Assembly (NCBI GenBank): GCA_963663865.1
Contig: OY760686.1
Span: 1,856,001 to 1,920,000, forward strand
DNA length: 64,000 bases
Reading direction: 5' to 3'
Origin: Spirochaetota bacterium
GTDB lineage: Bacteria; Spirochaetota; UBA4802; UBA5550
Shown: positions 1 to 8,240 of the stretch, in pieces
How the letters are laid out: every line of letters begins with the position of its first letter
Numbering within the stretch: position 1 is the first letter of the stretch
Made by a program: the position numbers and the translations under genes
The notes under the pieces: generated by a model
Told to the model about the DNA's origin: nothing
The model's database searches: none
The model's input: only the letters and a program-made list of their open reading frames with translations

Positions 1-2
1 GA

Positions 3-311
3 ATCAAATACTGCGAGGAAGCTCTCAAGTACTATCCTCAATCAGCGGAAATTAACTACTATCTGGGCAGGTTCTATTACCGACCTTCAACCGTACCGGA
101 AAAAGATGATGAAAGAGCAAGGGATTATTTCATGAAGGTTGTACAGTTTGATCCAGGTCACGCGGGGGCAAATACAGCTCTGGCCGAACTGTACTTGAAA
201 TACAGAAACCGGGATAAGGCCTTATACTACGCGAACCGGATTCTCGAATATGACAGCAGCAACGGCAGAGCGAAGCAGCTAATCAAGTATATTGAAGAAT
301 ATAACCGGTAG
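3..311 (+). CDS. TPR-repeat protein, C-terminal part (5' end outside window)
   Basis: My translation of frame 3: IKYCEEALKYYPQSAEINYYLGRFYY...ARDYFMKVVQFDPGHAGANTALAELY...ALYYANRILEYDSSNGRAKQLI, stop TAG at 309-311. TPR-like spacing of A/L/G/Y/P residues. Confidence 0.8.
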   Translation: MKYCEEALKYYPQSAEINYYLGRFYYRPSTVPEKDDERARDYFMKVVQFDPGHAGANTALAELYLKYRNRDKALYYANRILEYDSSNGRAKQLIKYIEEYNR

Positions 312-342
312 AAACCGGATTAGTCGGGGGGCTTGCTGAATA

Positions 343-810
343 ATGTTCAACCTGCTGACTTCTTTGCTTGCTGTGTCATTTCTGATACATCTTTTTTCAA
401 TACCACAATATATCAGATCGGATAATCCTGAGAAACGAAAGCGTTTCTTTTTGCTTTTTATCTTTAGCGGTGCGCTCAACAGCGGTTTGATGACGGCGCT
501 GGCAGTTGTTGTTTTCAAAAACCCCGGCAGTTTAAGTACATTTGATTTAACTCTGACCCTGTGGGTGGCCTCAGGCGGTGTCTTTTTTGTCACTATCTGG
601 ATTCAGATCTCAATTCTTTTCAGAATCTACCGACGGAGCCGTAATCCTGAATTCTTCCATATAAATTATTTCGGTAAAAAAGTCTACAATACGAAAATTA
701 CGGGCAAAAATGACCTTGTCCTAATGTTTGCTACATTGCCATTGTTCCTCTTTTCTGGAGCATATTTTACGGCGAGGCTTATCAATTTAATTCGTAACGG
801 CGAGATATAA
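343..810 (+). CDS. Uncharacterised ~4-TM membrane protein (paralogue of 37950..38396)
   Basis: Four hydrophobic segments. Shares SLLxxSFxxHxFSI, RRxRxP...HxNxFGKKV and PxFLxxGxYFxA with the 37950 ORF. Confidence 0.8.
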   Translation: MFNLLTSLLAVSFLIHLFSIPQYIRSDNPEKRKRFFLLFIFSGALNSGLMTALAVVVFKNPGSLSTFDLTLTLWVASGGVFFVTIWIQISILFRIYRRSRNPEFFHINYFGKKVYNTKITGKNDLVLMFATLPLFLFSGAYFTARLINLIRNGEI

Positions 811-867
811 ATTCAGTCAAATTCCAGTTATTAAAAACGCTATTCAGGATTACGCTTAAAACTGTTA

Positions 868-896
868 TTGACAACAGCTGAATCAGCATATTTTAT
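868..896 (+). promoter_or_regulatory. Putative sigma70 promoter of the aguA operon
   Basis: TTGACA (868-873), 17 nt spacer, TTTTAT (891-896). The same spacing and hexamers occur upstream of the tRNA pair. Confidence 0.4.
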
Positions 897-904
897 GAAA
901 AAAA

Positions 905-1948
905 ATGATTCAGCAGGCTAATATGAAAACATCGTTCTTTCCGGCGGAATGGCACAACCAGAGCTGTGTCCAGCTGACGTGGCCTCATTCTGAAACCGAC
1001 TGGGCCGATAACCTCAAAGCTGTATCGCAGTGTTTTGCTACTATCGCTTCGGCTGTTGCGGAGAGAGAAAAAGTATTGATAGTATGCCGTTCAAGGCAGG
1101 AGGTTCTGCCTTATCTCGCAAACTGCCCTCCGGAAAACCTGATAATATCTGAGATACAGACAAACGATACATGGGCTCGGGACCATGGAGGCATTACTGT
1201 TTATGAAAACGGCAGGCCAGTAATCCTTGATTTTAAATTTAACGGATGGGGCCTTAAATTCCCTGCGTCTCTGGACAATCTGATAACATCTTCACTTTTT
1301 GAAAAGGGTGTTTTTGCTCCGACTGTACAGTACAATAACTGTCTTGATTTTGTTCTTGAAGGAGGCAGTATCGAATCTGACGGAGCGGGAACAATCCTGA
1401 CTACCTCAGAATGCCTGCTGTCAAAAAACCGAAATGGAGCCTTCACAAGGGATGATATTGATTCGATACTCCGGAAAAGGCTTTACGCTAAAAGGGTGCT
1501 TTTCCTGGACAGCGGCTTCCTTGAAGGAGACGATACCGACAGCCATATAGACACGCTGGCACGTTTTGTCTCAGAGGACACAATAGCCTATGTCGAATGC
1601 ACCGACAAAGGCGACGTACACTATGACGCACTGGCTAAAATGAAGGAACAGCTGGAAACCTTCACTACAGCCGGAGGTAAGCCGTACAGGCTTGTGGCAC
1701 TGCCGATGGCAGAAGCGGCGTATGACAGCGGGCACAGGCTTCCGGCAACCTACGCAAACTTTTTAATAATTAACGGCGCTGTTCTGATGCCTCTGTATAA
1801 GACACCCGCTGATGACCTCGCCGCGGACATACTCAGCTCGCTTTTTCCTGACAGGGACATAACGGGAATTGACTGCAGGGCCCTGATTAAGCAGCATGGT
1901 TCACTGCACTGTGTCACGATGCAGTATCCTGAAGGAGTTTTACCATGA
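905..1948 (+). CDS. aguA: Agmatine deiminase
   Basis: PAEW, WARDHG, FNGWG, LEGGSIE, DTDSHID, ATYANF and catalytic GSLHCVT motifs. Adjacent to an N-carbamoylputrescine amidase. Confidence 0.93.
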   Translation: MIQQANMKTSFFPAEWHNQSCVQLTWPHSETDWADNLKAVSQCFATIASAVAEREKVLIVCRSRQEVLPYLANCPPENLIISEIQTNDTWARDHGGITVYENGRPVILDFKFNGWGLKFPASLDNLITSSLFEKGVFAPTVQYNNCLDFVLEGGSIESDGAGTILTTSECLLSKNRNGAFTRDDIDSILRKRLYAKRVLFLDSGFLEGDDTDSHIDTLARFVSEDTIAYVECTDKGDVHYDALAKMKEQLETFTTAGGKPYRLVALPMAEAAYDSGHRLPATYANFLIINGAVLMPLYKTPADDLAADILSSLFPDRDITGIDCRALIKQHGSLHCVTMQYPEGVLP

Positions 1949-2826
1949 AACAATTTAAAGCAGCTCTTATACAGATATCACATGGGGGAAGCAAAGAGGC
2001 CAACCTTGAAAAGCTCAGATTAAAGATAACTGAAGCGGCGGGGAAAGGCGCACATGTTGTGGTTTTGCCAGAGCTTCACAACACAGAGTATTTTTGCCAG
2101 ACGGAAAATGTCGAATGTTTCGATTTGGCAGAGGCTGTTCCCGGTCCTTCAACAGAGTATTTTGGCCGGATCGCTGCTGAATTGGGTGTAGTTATTGTAT
2201 GCTCTCTGTTTGAAAAAAGGGCTCCCGGTCTATATCACAATACGGCGGCGGTTATCGAGAAGGACGGCAAGCTGGCCGGGGTTTATCGCAAAATGCATAT
2301 TCCGGATGATCCGGGTTTTTATGAGAAGTTCTACTTTGCGCCGGGTGATCTGGGCTTCAAACCCATAGAGACTTCAGTGGGAACGCTTGGAGTGCTGATC
2401 TGCTGGGATCAGTGGTATCCTGAGGCGGCAAGGCTCATGGCCATGGCAGGAAGCGACGTTCTGATATATCCTACAGCGATTGGATGGAATCCCGATGACA
2501 ATGATGATGAAAAGCTCAGACAGCTTGATGCCTGGTCGATATCACAGCGTGCGCACGCTGTAGCTAACGGCATTCCCGTTATCGCAGTGAACAGGACAGG
2601 GCACGAGAAAGATCCTTCGGGGATAACATCCGGAATAAAGTTCTGGGGGGGCAGTTTCGCCGCGGGAGCTCAGGGAGAGATAATCTCAAAGGCGGACGAG
2701 ACCGAGTGTATCATTTACGCAGATATTGATAAAAGCCGGACTGAGGAAGTGAGAAGGATTTGGCCGTTTTTCAGAGACAGAAGAATTGACTCTTTCAGCG
2801 CGGTGACAGAGAGGTATATCAAATGA
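1945..2826 (+). CDS. aguB: N-carbamoylputrescine amidase (nitrilase superfamily)
   Basis: Glu-Lys-Cys triad contexts (LPELH, YRKMHIPDDPGFYEKFYF, ICWDQWYPE) and C-terminal WPFFRDRR. ATGA overlap with aguA. Confidence 0.9.
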   Translation: MKQFKAALIQISHGGSKEANLEKLRLKITEAAGKGAHVVVLPELHNTEYFCQTENVECFDLAEAVPGPSTEYFGRIAAELGVVIVCSLFEKRAPGLYHNTAAVIEKDGKLAGVYRKMHIPDDPGFYEKFYFAPGDLGFKPIETSVGTLGVLICWDQWYPEAARLMAMAGSDVLIYPTAIGWNPDDNDDEKLRQLDAWSISQRAHAVANGIPVIAVNRTGHEKDPSGITSGIKFWGGSFAAGAQGEIISKADETECIIYADIDKSRTEEVRRIWPFFRDRRIDSFSAVTERYIK

Positions 2827-3272
2827 GCAGAATAAAAACAGCGGCAGCAAGCTTCATCAGGAAGGTCTATATCCTCACCAGTATTTTAGGAATTGCAGTC
2901 ACCGCATCATGCGCCGGTAAAGAGTTCAGAAGCGAAGCAAAAGTGGAGCTGAAGCCAGTTAGATCGGAGAGCTCTTTTATGTTTGAACTTCCAACATATT
3001 ACATAACAACTGCTGACAGGCATCCCCGAATGGGAACCCTCAGCATATCAATAGAGATAAATCCGGAAATTGTATCGCGGAAGACTGTAAACTCACAAAT
3101 AGAGATTATGAACAGGGCCGTTGATGGCCTGCTCAGAAACAAAAAACAGTCAGATTTAAACTCACCGGAAGCAATTGAGAGGCTGAGAGCTGAGATTAAA
3201 ATGTCTCTCAACTCGGAGCTCAAGCTTCACTTTGTCAAGTCGGTTACGATAAGACATCTGAATATCGATTAG
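2823..3272 (+). CDS. FliL-like protein, probable lipoprotein
   Basis: Hydrophobic N-terminus ending in lipobox-like TASC. The C-terminal LLRNKKQSDL...LRAEIKMSLNSEL...VKSVTI resembles the FliL domain. Confidence 0.6.
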   Translation: MSRIKTAAASFIRKVYILTSILGIAVTASCAGKEFRSEAKVELKPVRSESSFMFELPTYYITTADRHPRMGTLSISIEINPEIVSRKTVNSQIEIMNRAVDGLLRNKKQSDLNSPEAIERLRAEIKMSLNSELKLHFVKSVTIRHLNID

Positions 3273-3323
3273 AACTCTGAATGCCGCCGCATGTAACCGA
3301 GAACCTGAATTCCTGAAAAAGAA

Positions 3324-4661
3324 ATGGTTAATATGCTAAAAAGAATAGCTTTATTTCTCTGTCTCTTTTCGCTTATAGCCGGCTGGCACGTAAATGCCTC
3401 AGCCACAAACGGAAATGGAAGCAACGACGATGATTATTTTTACGAAAAGGCATACAATGAAAAACTAAAGGCTGACTTTATAAAAAAGAACGGGGATATC
3501 CCCCTTCTTGAAATTGATATTAATGGCTTAAAAAGAACTTCCAGAACAGTAATTGACAATGAGCTTGAGATTAAAGAAGGAGAGCCAGTTTCGCGCTTTG
3601 ACTCTTACCGCTTTGTCAACCGCCTGAAAAGAACCGGACTTTTCGCGAAGATCAGACTGGATTTTGCCGAAGAACAGCAAAAAGCGGTCATCAGGGTGTC
3701 TCTTGTCGAAAAAAGGGGATTTCTTGTGCTTCCAATGGTGGCGGGCAATAAAAAAAATGTGTCTGCCGGAGCTATGGTTATTGATATGAACTTTCTGGGA
3801 ATGAATAAGAAGCTTTTTACAGCCGGTACATATTCTAACAAGTATTCGACGGCGATGTGCGGCTATATTGATCCGTCAGTTTTTAACAGCGATTTCCAGG
3901 GCGGTGCATTTCTGACTTACAGGCATTCCGTTGAAGAGATACTGGATTACAATGGTACAAGGCTTAGCGAATTCAAGTCCGATGTAATGAGATTCTCAGC
4001 TTTTTACGGCTACCGGTTGAATGACATTCTTATATTTAACATAAAGGCTGGGTACAATCTCGGAATGGTTGATGAAAAATACAGCGGAAGCTACAACGTT
4101 CCGGATGATCAGCAGAATATCTTTTACGGATTATCCCTCAGATACGACGGGCTTTCATATTACGAACACCTGTATTTCGGTTATGATTCATCGATTGAAG
4201 CGAACAGAAATAACGGTTTAACCACTGATGACGAATCATATATGTCCTATGAGATCAAGTCCTCCTACTCATTCAGGGTTTTCGGAAGGCACAGAATAAC
4301 GCTCTCGGGTATTGGGAGATGGAGCGGTGTTCCGAATGTGCTGAAAAACTCAATAGGGGGTAAGTACGGCCATTTTACTGTTCCAGGTGATGTCGTGATA
4401 ACCGGCAAGGATGCAAGTGTCTCAATGTTTTACGAACATCAAATTGCTTCATTCAAGTGGGGGGCCATTACATTGTTGACCTTCTGGGAGCATGGTGTAT
4501 ATGAAAGGCTTAATGGCGGTCCCGCATGGAGCTATGGACCCGGAGCCGGAGCAAATTTTTACCTGAACAGAATAGCCCTTCCAGCGATGGGACTGTATTT
4601 CGCGCATAATGTTGAGAGCAAGAAAATAGAAATAAGCTTCAGTATCGGTATGATGATGTGA
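3324..4661 (+). CDS. Omp85/BamA-TamA-like outer-membrane protein with one POTRA domain
   Basis: Signal peptide, POTRA-like IDINGLKRT...LKRTGLFAKI...VSLVEK, amphipathic beta strands, C-terminal ISFSIGMMM. Confidence 0.7.
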   Translation: MVNMLKRIALFLCLFSLIAGWHVNASATNGNGSNDDDYFYEKAYNEKLKADFIKKNGDIPLLEIDINGLKRTSRTVIDNELEIKEGEPVSRFDSYRFVNRLKRTGLFAKIRLDFAEEQQKAVIRVSLVEKRGFLVLPMVAGNKKNVSAGAMVIDMNFLGMNKKLFTAGTYSNKYSTAMCGYIDPSVFNSDFQGGAFLTYRHSVEEILDYNGTRLSEFKSDVMRFSAFYGYRLNDILIFNIKAGYNLGMVDEKYSGSYNVPDDQQNIFYGLSLRYDGLSYYEHLYFGYDSSIEANRNNGLTTDDESYMSYEIKSSYSFRVFGRHRITLSGIGRWSGVPNVLKNSIGGKYGHFTVPGDVVITGKDASVSMFYEHQIASFKWGAITLLTFWEHGVYERLNGGPAWSYGPGAGANFYLNRIALPAMGLYFAHNVESKKIEISFSIGMMM

Positions 4662-4691
4662 TTCAGGCAGACCGCCAAGGCCTGCCTGAAT
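4661..4691. terminator. Hairpin between convergent genes
   Basis: ATTCAGGCAG / CTGCCTGAAT perfect 10-bp inverted repeat. Confidence 0.7.
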
Positions 4692-4703
4692 GAAAGTGCG
4701 GTT

Positions 4704-5897
4704 TTATTTGTCGAGAGCTACAAAACCCGGAAGATCCTTGCCTTCAATAAGCTCAAGGAATGCTCCTCCGCCCGTTGAAATGTAGGAAATCTTATCGGCT
4801 ACACCTGCCTGGTTTACTGCTGTTACGCTGTCTCCGCCTCCGACAATGCTCAGACAGTCGCTTTCAGCTAAAAGCTCGGCGATTTTATTAGTTCCATCAG
4901 CGAAGTTTGACATTTCAAAAGCTCCCATCGGGCCGTTCCATACGATAGTTTTAGCGCTTTTAATTTTTTCTGAGAATATCCTGATTGAGTCCGGTCCTAC
5001 ATCAAGACCCATCTGATCATCCGGCATGCTGTCAGCTGCGACTATTGTGGATGGAGATTCATTTTTGAACTCAGCCGCGCATACAATGTCCGTCGGGAGC
5101 AGTATTTCTACGTTGCGAGAGCTGGCGTCTTTCATTATCTGCTTAGCTGTGTCCACGAGGTCTTCTTCAAGAAGCGACTTGCCCACCTTGAGTCCGTTGG
5201 CCTTCATGAAGGTGAAAGCCATACCTCCGCCGATTATAAGGAAATCTACTTTGGTTATCATGTTTTTAAGGGCGTCAAGTTTGGAAGAGACTTTAGCTCC
5301 GCCTATGATTGCTCCGAGAGGCCTTTCCGGGTTCTTCATGGCTTTGTTGAAGTACTCAATTTCATCCTTTAGCAGGTAGCCTGCGGCGCATACAGGGATA
5401 TAGCGTGTTATAGCGTCATTTGAAGCGTGACCTCTATGAGCCGTAGCGAAAGCGTCGTTCAGGTAAACGTCGGCGAGTGATGCTAACTTCTTGCCGAATT
5501 CATCATCATTTTTTTCCTCTTCAGGATAAAAGCGGATATTCTCAAGAAGAACCACATCTCCGTCTTTAAGAGAATCAATCTTTGCCTTTAGCTCAGAAGA
5601 TCCGATTTGATCCGTGATAAACTGGACTTCCTTCCCAAGGTGGCCAGACAGGTTTTCAGCAGCCGGTTTAAGGCTCATCTCTGCAACAGCCTTGCCCTTG
5701 GGCCTGCCAAGGTGAGATACGAGTATAACCTTGCTGTTGTTTTCGAGGCATTTTTTAATTGTAGGCAAAGTTGCTTTGATCCTTGTATCATCAGTGATGT
5801 TCATCGAGCTGTCGTAAGGCACGTTGAAATCAACCCTGATCAGGACTTTTTTCGATTTTAGGTCAATCTGGTCAATGTACTTGATTGTCATTGTCAT
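4704..5897 (-). CDS. pgk: Phosphoglycerate kinase
   Basis: RVDFNVP, SHLGRPKG, LLENIRF, GGAKVSSK, WNGPMG, GGGDS and ISTGGGA motifs. Confidence 0.98.
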   Translation of the reverse strand: MTMTIKYIDQIDLKSKKVLIRVDFNVPYDSSMNITDDTRIKATLPTIKKCLENNSKVILVSHLGRPKGKAVAEMSLKPAAENLSGHLGKEVQFITDQIGSSELKAKIDSLKDGDVVLLENIRFYPEEEKNDDEFGKKLASLADVYLNDAFATAHRGHASNDAITRYIPVCAAGYLLKDEIEYFNKAMKNPERPLGAIIGGAKVSSKLDALKNMITKVDFLIIGGGMAFTFMKANGLKVGKSLLEEDLVDTAKQIMKDASSRNVEILLPTDIVCAAEFKNESPSTIVAADSMPDDQMGLDVGPDSIRIFSEKIKSAKTIVWNGPMGAFEMSNFADGTNKIAELLAESDCLSIVGGGDSVTAVNQAGVADKISYISTGGGAFLELIEGKDLPGFVALDK

Positions 5898-6260
5898 TGC
5901 TCCTGTTTATTTGATTTTAAAAAATTCACTTATCTTTAATACCATCTAATAACCGATATCATGCTGGTAAAGTATTTTTTAATGAAATATATTCATGAGA
6001 TTGTAGCATAATCTTGAAAAAGAGTCAACAAAAGTTCGAAGGATGACAGTGAAAGGCGAATATCGGTTGCAAAAATAAAGAAAGATCTTCAAAAAAATAT
6101 CTTTATTGACAACATGATTGGGATTATCAGAAAATAAATATTTATCAGAGAGAGTTTTTTAATCTGGCCGCATGAATTATATGGATAACACGAAGTTCAA
6201 ACCAACGGCAACAATTTCCGTCGTAAAAAATCGTGTTTCTATCTATTGATAGGAGGAGAA

Positions 6261-8081
6261 ATGGATTATCAAAAAGCTGTCACAATTCCGCAGCTTTTCC
6301 ACGAAGGAGTGGAAAACTTCGGATCAAAACCCCTTGTGTCCAGCAAGCATGAAGGGAAATACAGAGAGATATCATGGCAGGAGATGGGACGGACTGTAAG
6401 AGGGCTTGCCTCTTTTCTCATTGATCAGGGTATAAAAAAGAAGGATAGAATTGCTATTTTTTCAGAAAACAGGCATGAGTGGTGGGAGGCCGACCTTGCA
6501 TCCCTTTCCGCAGGCGCGATTGATGTTCCAATATATTCAACAAATTCTCCTGATGAGGCGGCATACATTATTTCCGATTCTGAGTGCAGAATCTGTTTTG
6601 CAGGCACTGAGGCACATCTTGAAAAGCTGAAAAAAGTGAGAAAAAAACTACCGTCACTTGAACTTATAATTGTATTCAATAATGTTAAAAAGTCGAAGGG
6701 AGTTATAAGCTTTGCTGAGGCAGTGCGCCGGGGCGAGGAATCAAGGGATGCTCTTAAGCTTCAAAAAACAATGCAGAAGAGAATCGCATCTCTTAAGGAA
6801 ACTGATGTGGCCACAATAATGTACACATCAGGAACTACCGGCAGCCCAAAGGGCGTAATGCTAACCCATAGCAATATCATCTGGAACGTTAAGCAGAGCC
6901 TGGGAGAATTCGGGGCCATGGTAAGACATGACTCAACCTTTATCTCCTTTTTGCCCCTTTCTCACGCGCTTGAGCGGACGGTTGGATTCTATCTCCCAGT
7001 TTATGCGGGATCAATGGTTGGATTCGTTGAAAATATATCAACAACCCTGATGAGTGATTTTCTGCTCATACGTCCTACTGTCCTTGTAAGCGTCCCGAGG
7101 ATATTTGAGAAGATACACTCAGCTATTTTAGCCAAACTCGACGAAGCTTCGCCTGTAAGCAGGTTTGTATTTAACTGGGCCATGAAGATAGGCGCCCGAA
7201 ACGTGCCATATAATTGTAAAAATCTCAAAAGGGGCGCAATATTTGATTTTAAATACAGGCTGGCCGACAGGCTTATATTCAGCAAGCTAAAGGCGGCGAT
7301 AGGTTTCGACAGGATTGATTTTGCCATTTCCGGCGGCGGACCGTTGAGCGTGTCAGACGCAGAGTTTTTCCTTGGGATGGGGCTGAAGGTTTTTGAAGGC
7401 TACGGCCTCACCGAAACCACTCCTGTGACAAACGCTAACAGGGTTGTTCTGAATAAGCCCGGCTCCGTAGGGCCGGCGCTCATGGAAACACATGTGCGAA
7501 TATCTGACGATGGAGAGGTTCAGATTAAAGGGCCTCAGATAATGAAAGGCTACTACAAGCATCCTGCTGAGACAAAGGCCATAATGACAGCAGACGGCTA
7601 TCTCAAAACCGGCGATGTGGGAATCCTTGATGATGATGGATACCTGTGGATTACAGGAAGAATAAAGGACATAATAGTTACCGCCGGCGGGAAGAATATT
7701 TCTCCTCAAAACATTGAGGGGCAGCTCTTGACCTCACGATATATTGAGCAATGCGCTGTTATCGGGGACAGAAGAAAGTTTCTGTCGGTGCTGATTGTGC
7801 CTTCATTTACAGAGCTAAAGAAGTGGGCAGTAAAGAATGGTGTTCCCGCAACAGATAAAAATGCCCTCGTTAGACATCCGCAGGTACATGAGATGTTTGA
7901 AAACGAGATCAAATCCCTTCTTAAGAACTTTTCAAGAGTCGAGCAGGTTAAAAAATTCAGCTTGCTTTCAAGAGAGTGGGACCAGGCGGGAGGCGAGCTG
8001 ACACCTTCGTTGAAGGTCAAACGCAGAATCATCGAAGAAAAATACAGGGATGTTATTGAATCAATGTATGCGTCAGAATGA
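6261..8081 (+). CDS. fadD: Long-chain fatty acid--CoA ligase (AMP-binding)
   Basis: YTSGTTGSPKG, SFLPLSH, EGYGLTET, KTGDVG, GRIKD, ELTPSLK. Start taken at ATG 6261 after AGGAGG. Confidence 0.92.
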   Translation: MDYQKAVTIPQLFHEGVENFGSKPLVSSKHEGKYREISWQEMGRTVRGLASFLIDQGIKKKDRIAIFSENRHEWWEADLASLSAGAIDVPIYSTNSPDEAAYIISDSECRICFAGTEAHLEKLKKVRKKLPSLELIIVFNNVKKSKGVISFAEAVRRGEESRDALKLQKTMQKRIASLKETDVATIMYTSGTTGSPKGVMLTHSNIIWNVKQSLGEFGAMVRHDSTFISFLPLSHALERTVGFYLPVYAGSMVGFVENISTTLMSDFLLIRPTVLVSVPRIFEKIHSAILAKLDEASPVSRFVFNWAMKIGARNVPYNCKNLKRGAIFDFKYRLADRLIFSKLKAAIGFDRIDFAISGGGPLSVSDAEFFLGMGLKVFEGYGLTETTPVTNANRVVLNKPGSVGPALMETHVRISDDGEVQIKGPQIMKGYYKHPAETKAIMTADGYLKTGDVGILDDDGYLWITGRIKDIIVTAGGKNISPQNIEGQLLTSRYIEQCAVIGDRRKFLSVLIVPSFTELKKWAVKNGVPATDKNALVRHPQVHEMFENEIKSLLKNFSRVEQVKKFSLLSREWDQAGGELTPSLKVKRRIIEEKYRDVIESMYASE

Positions 8082-8102
8082 GCAAATACTTTTCTAATGG
8101 GG

Positions 8103-8137
8103 AAAGGGGGGATGGAACTTATGTTTCATCCTTTTTT
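8103..8137 (+). terminator. Intrinsic terminator after the first fadD
   Basis: GGGGGATGGAAC-TTAT-GTTTCATCC followed by a T run. Confidence 0.7.
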
Positions 8138-8240
8138 ATACTTTAATAATCCCTCAGTAAAACCTGGCATTTATTAAACTTGACAAAACTTCAATTATGT
8201 GAAGAAAAATATTCAAAAAGCGGAAAATCAGGGGGATTGG

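Noticed and set aside
5026-5861. Antisense and alternative-frame ORFs inside pgk, and similar ones inside most genes (for example 39817..40434, 49462..50007, 11950..12468, 18465..18764)
   Set aside because: They are shadows of well-supported genes, with Ser/Ile/Phe-biased composition, no RBS and no recognisable motifs.
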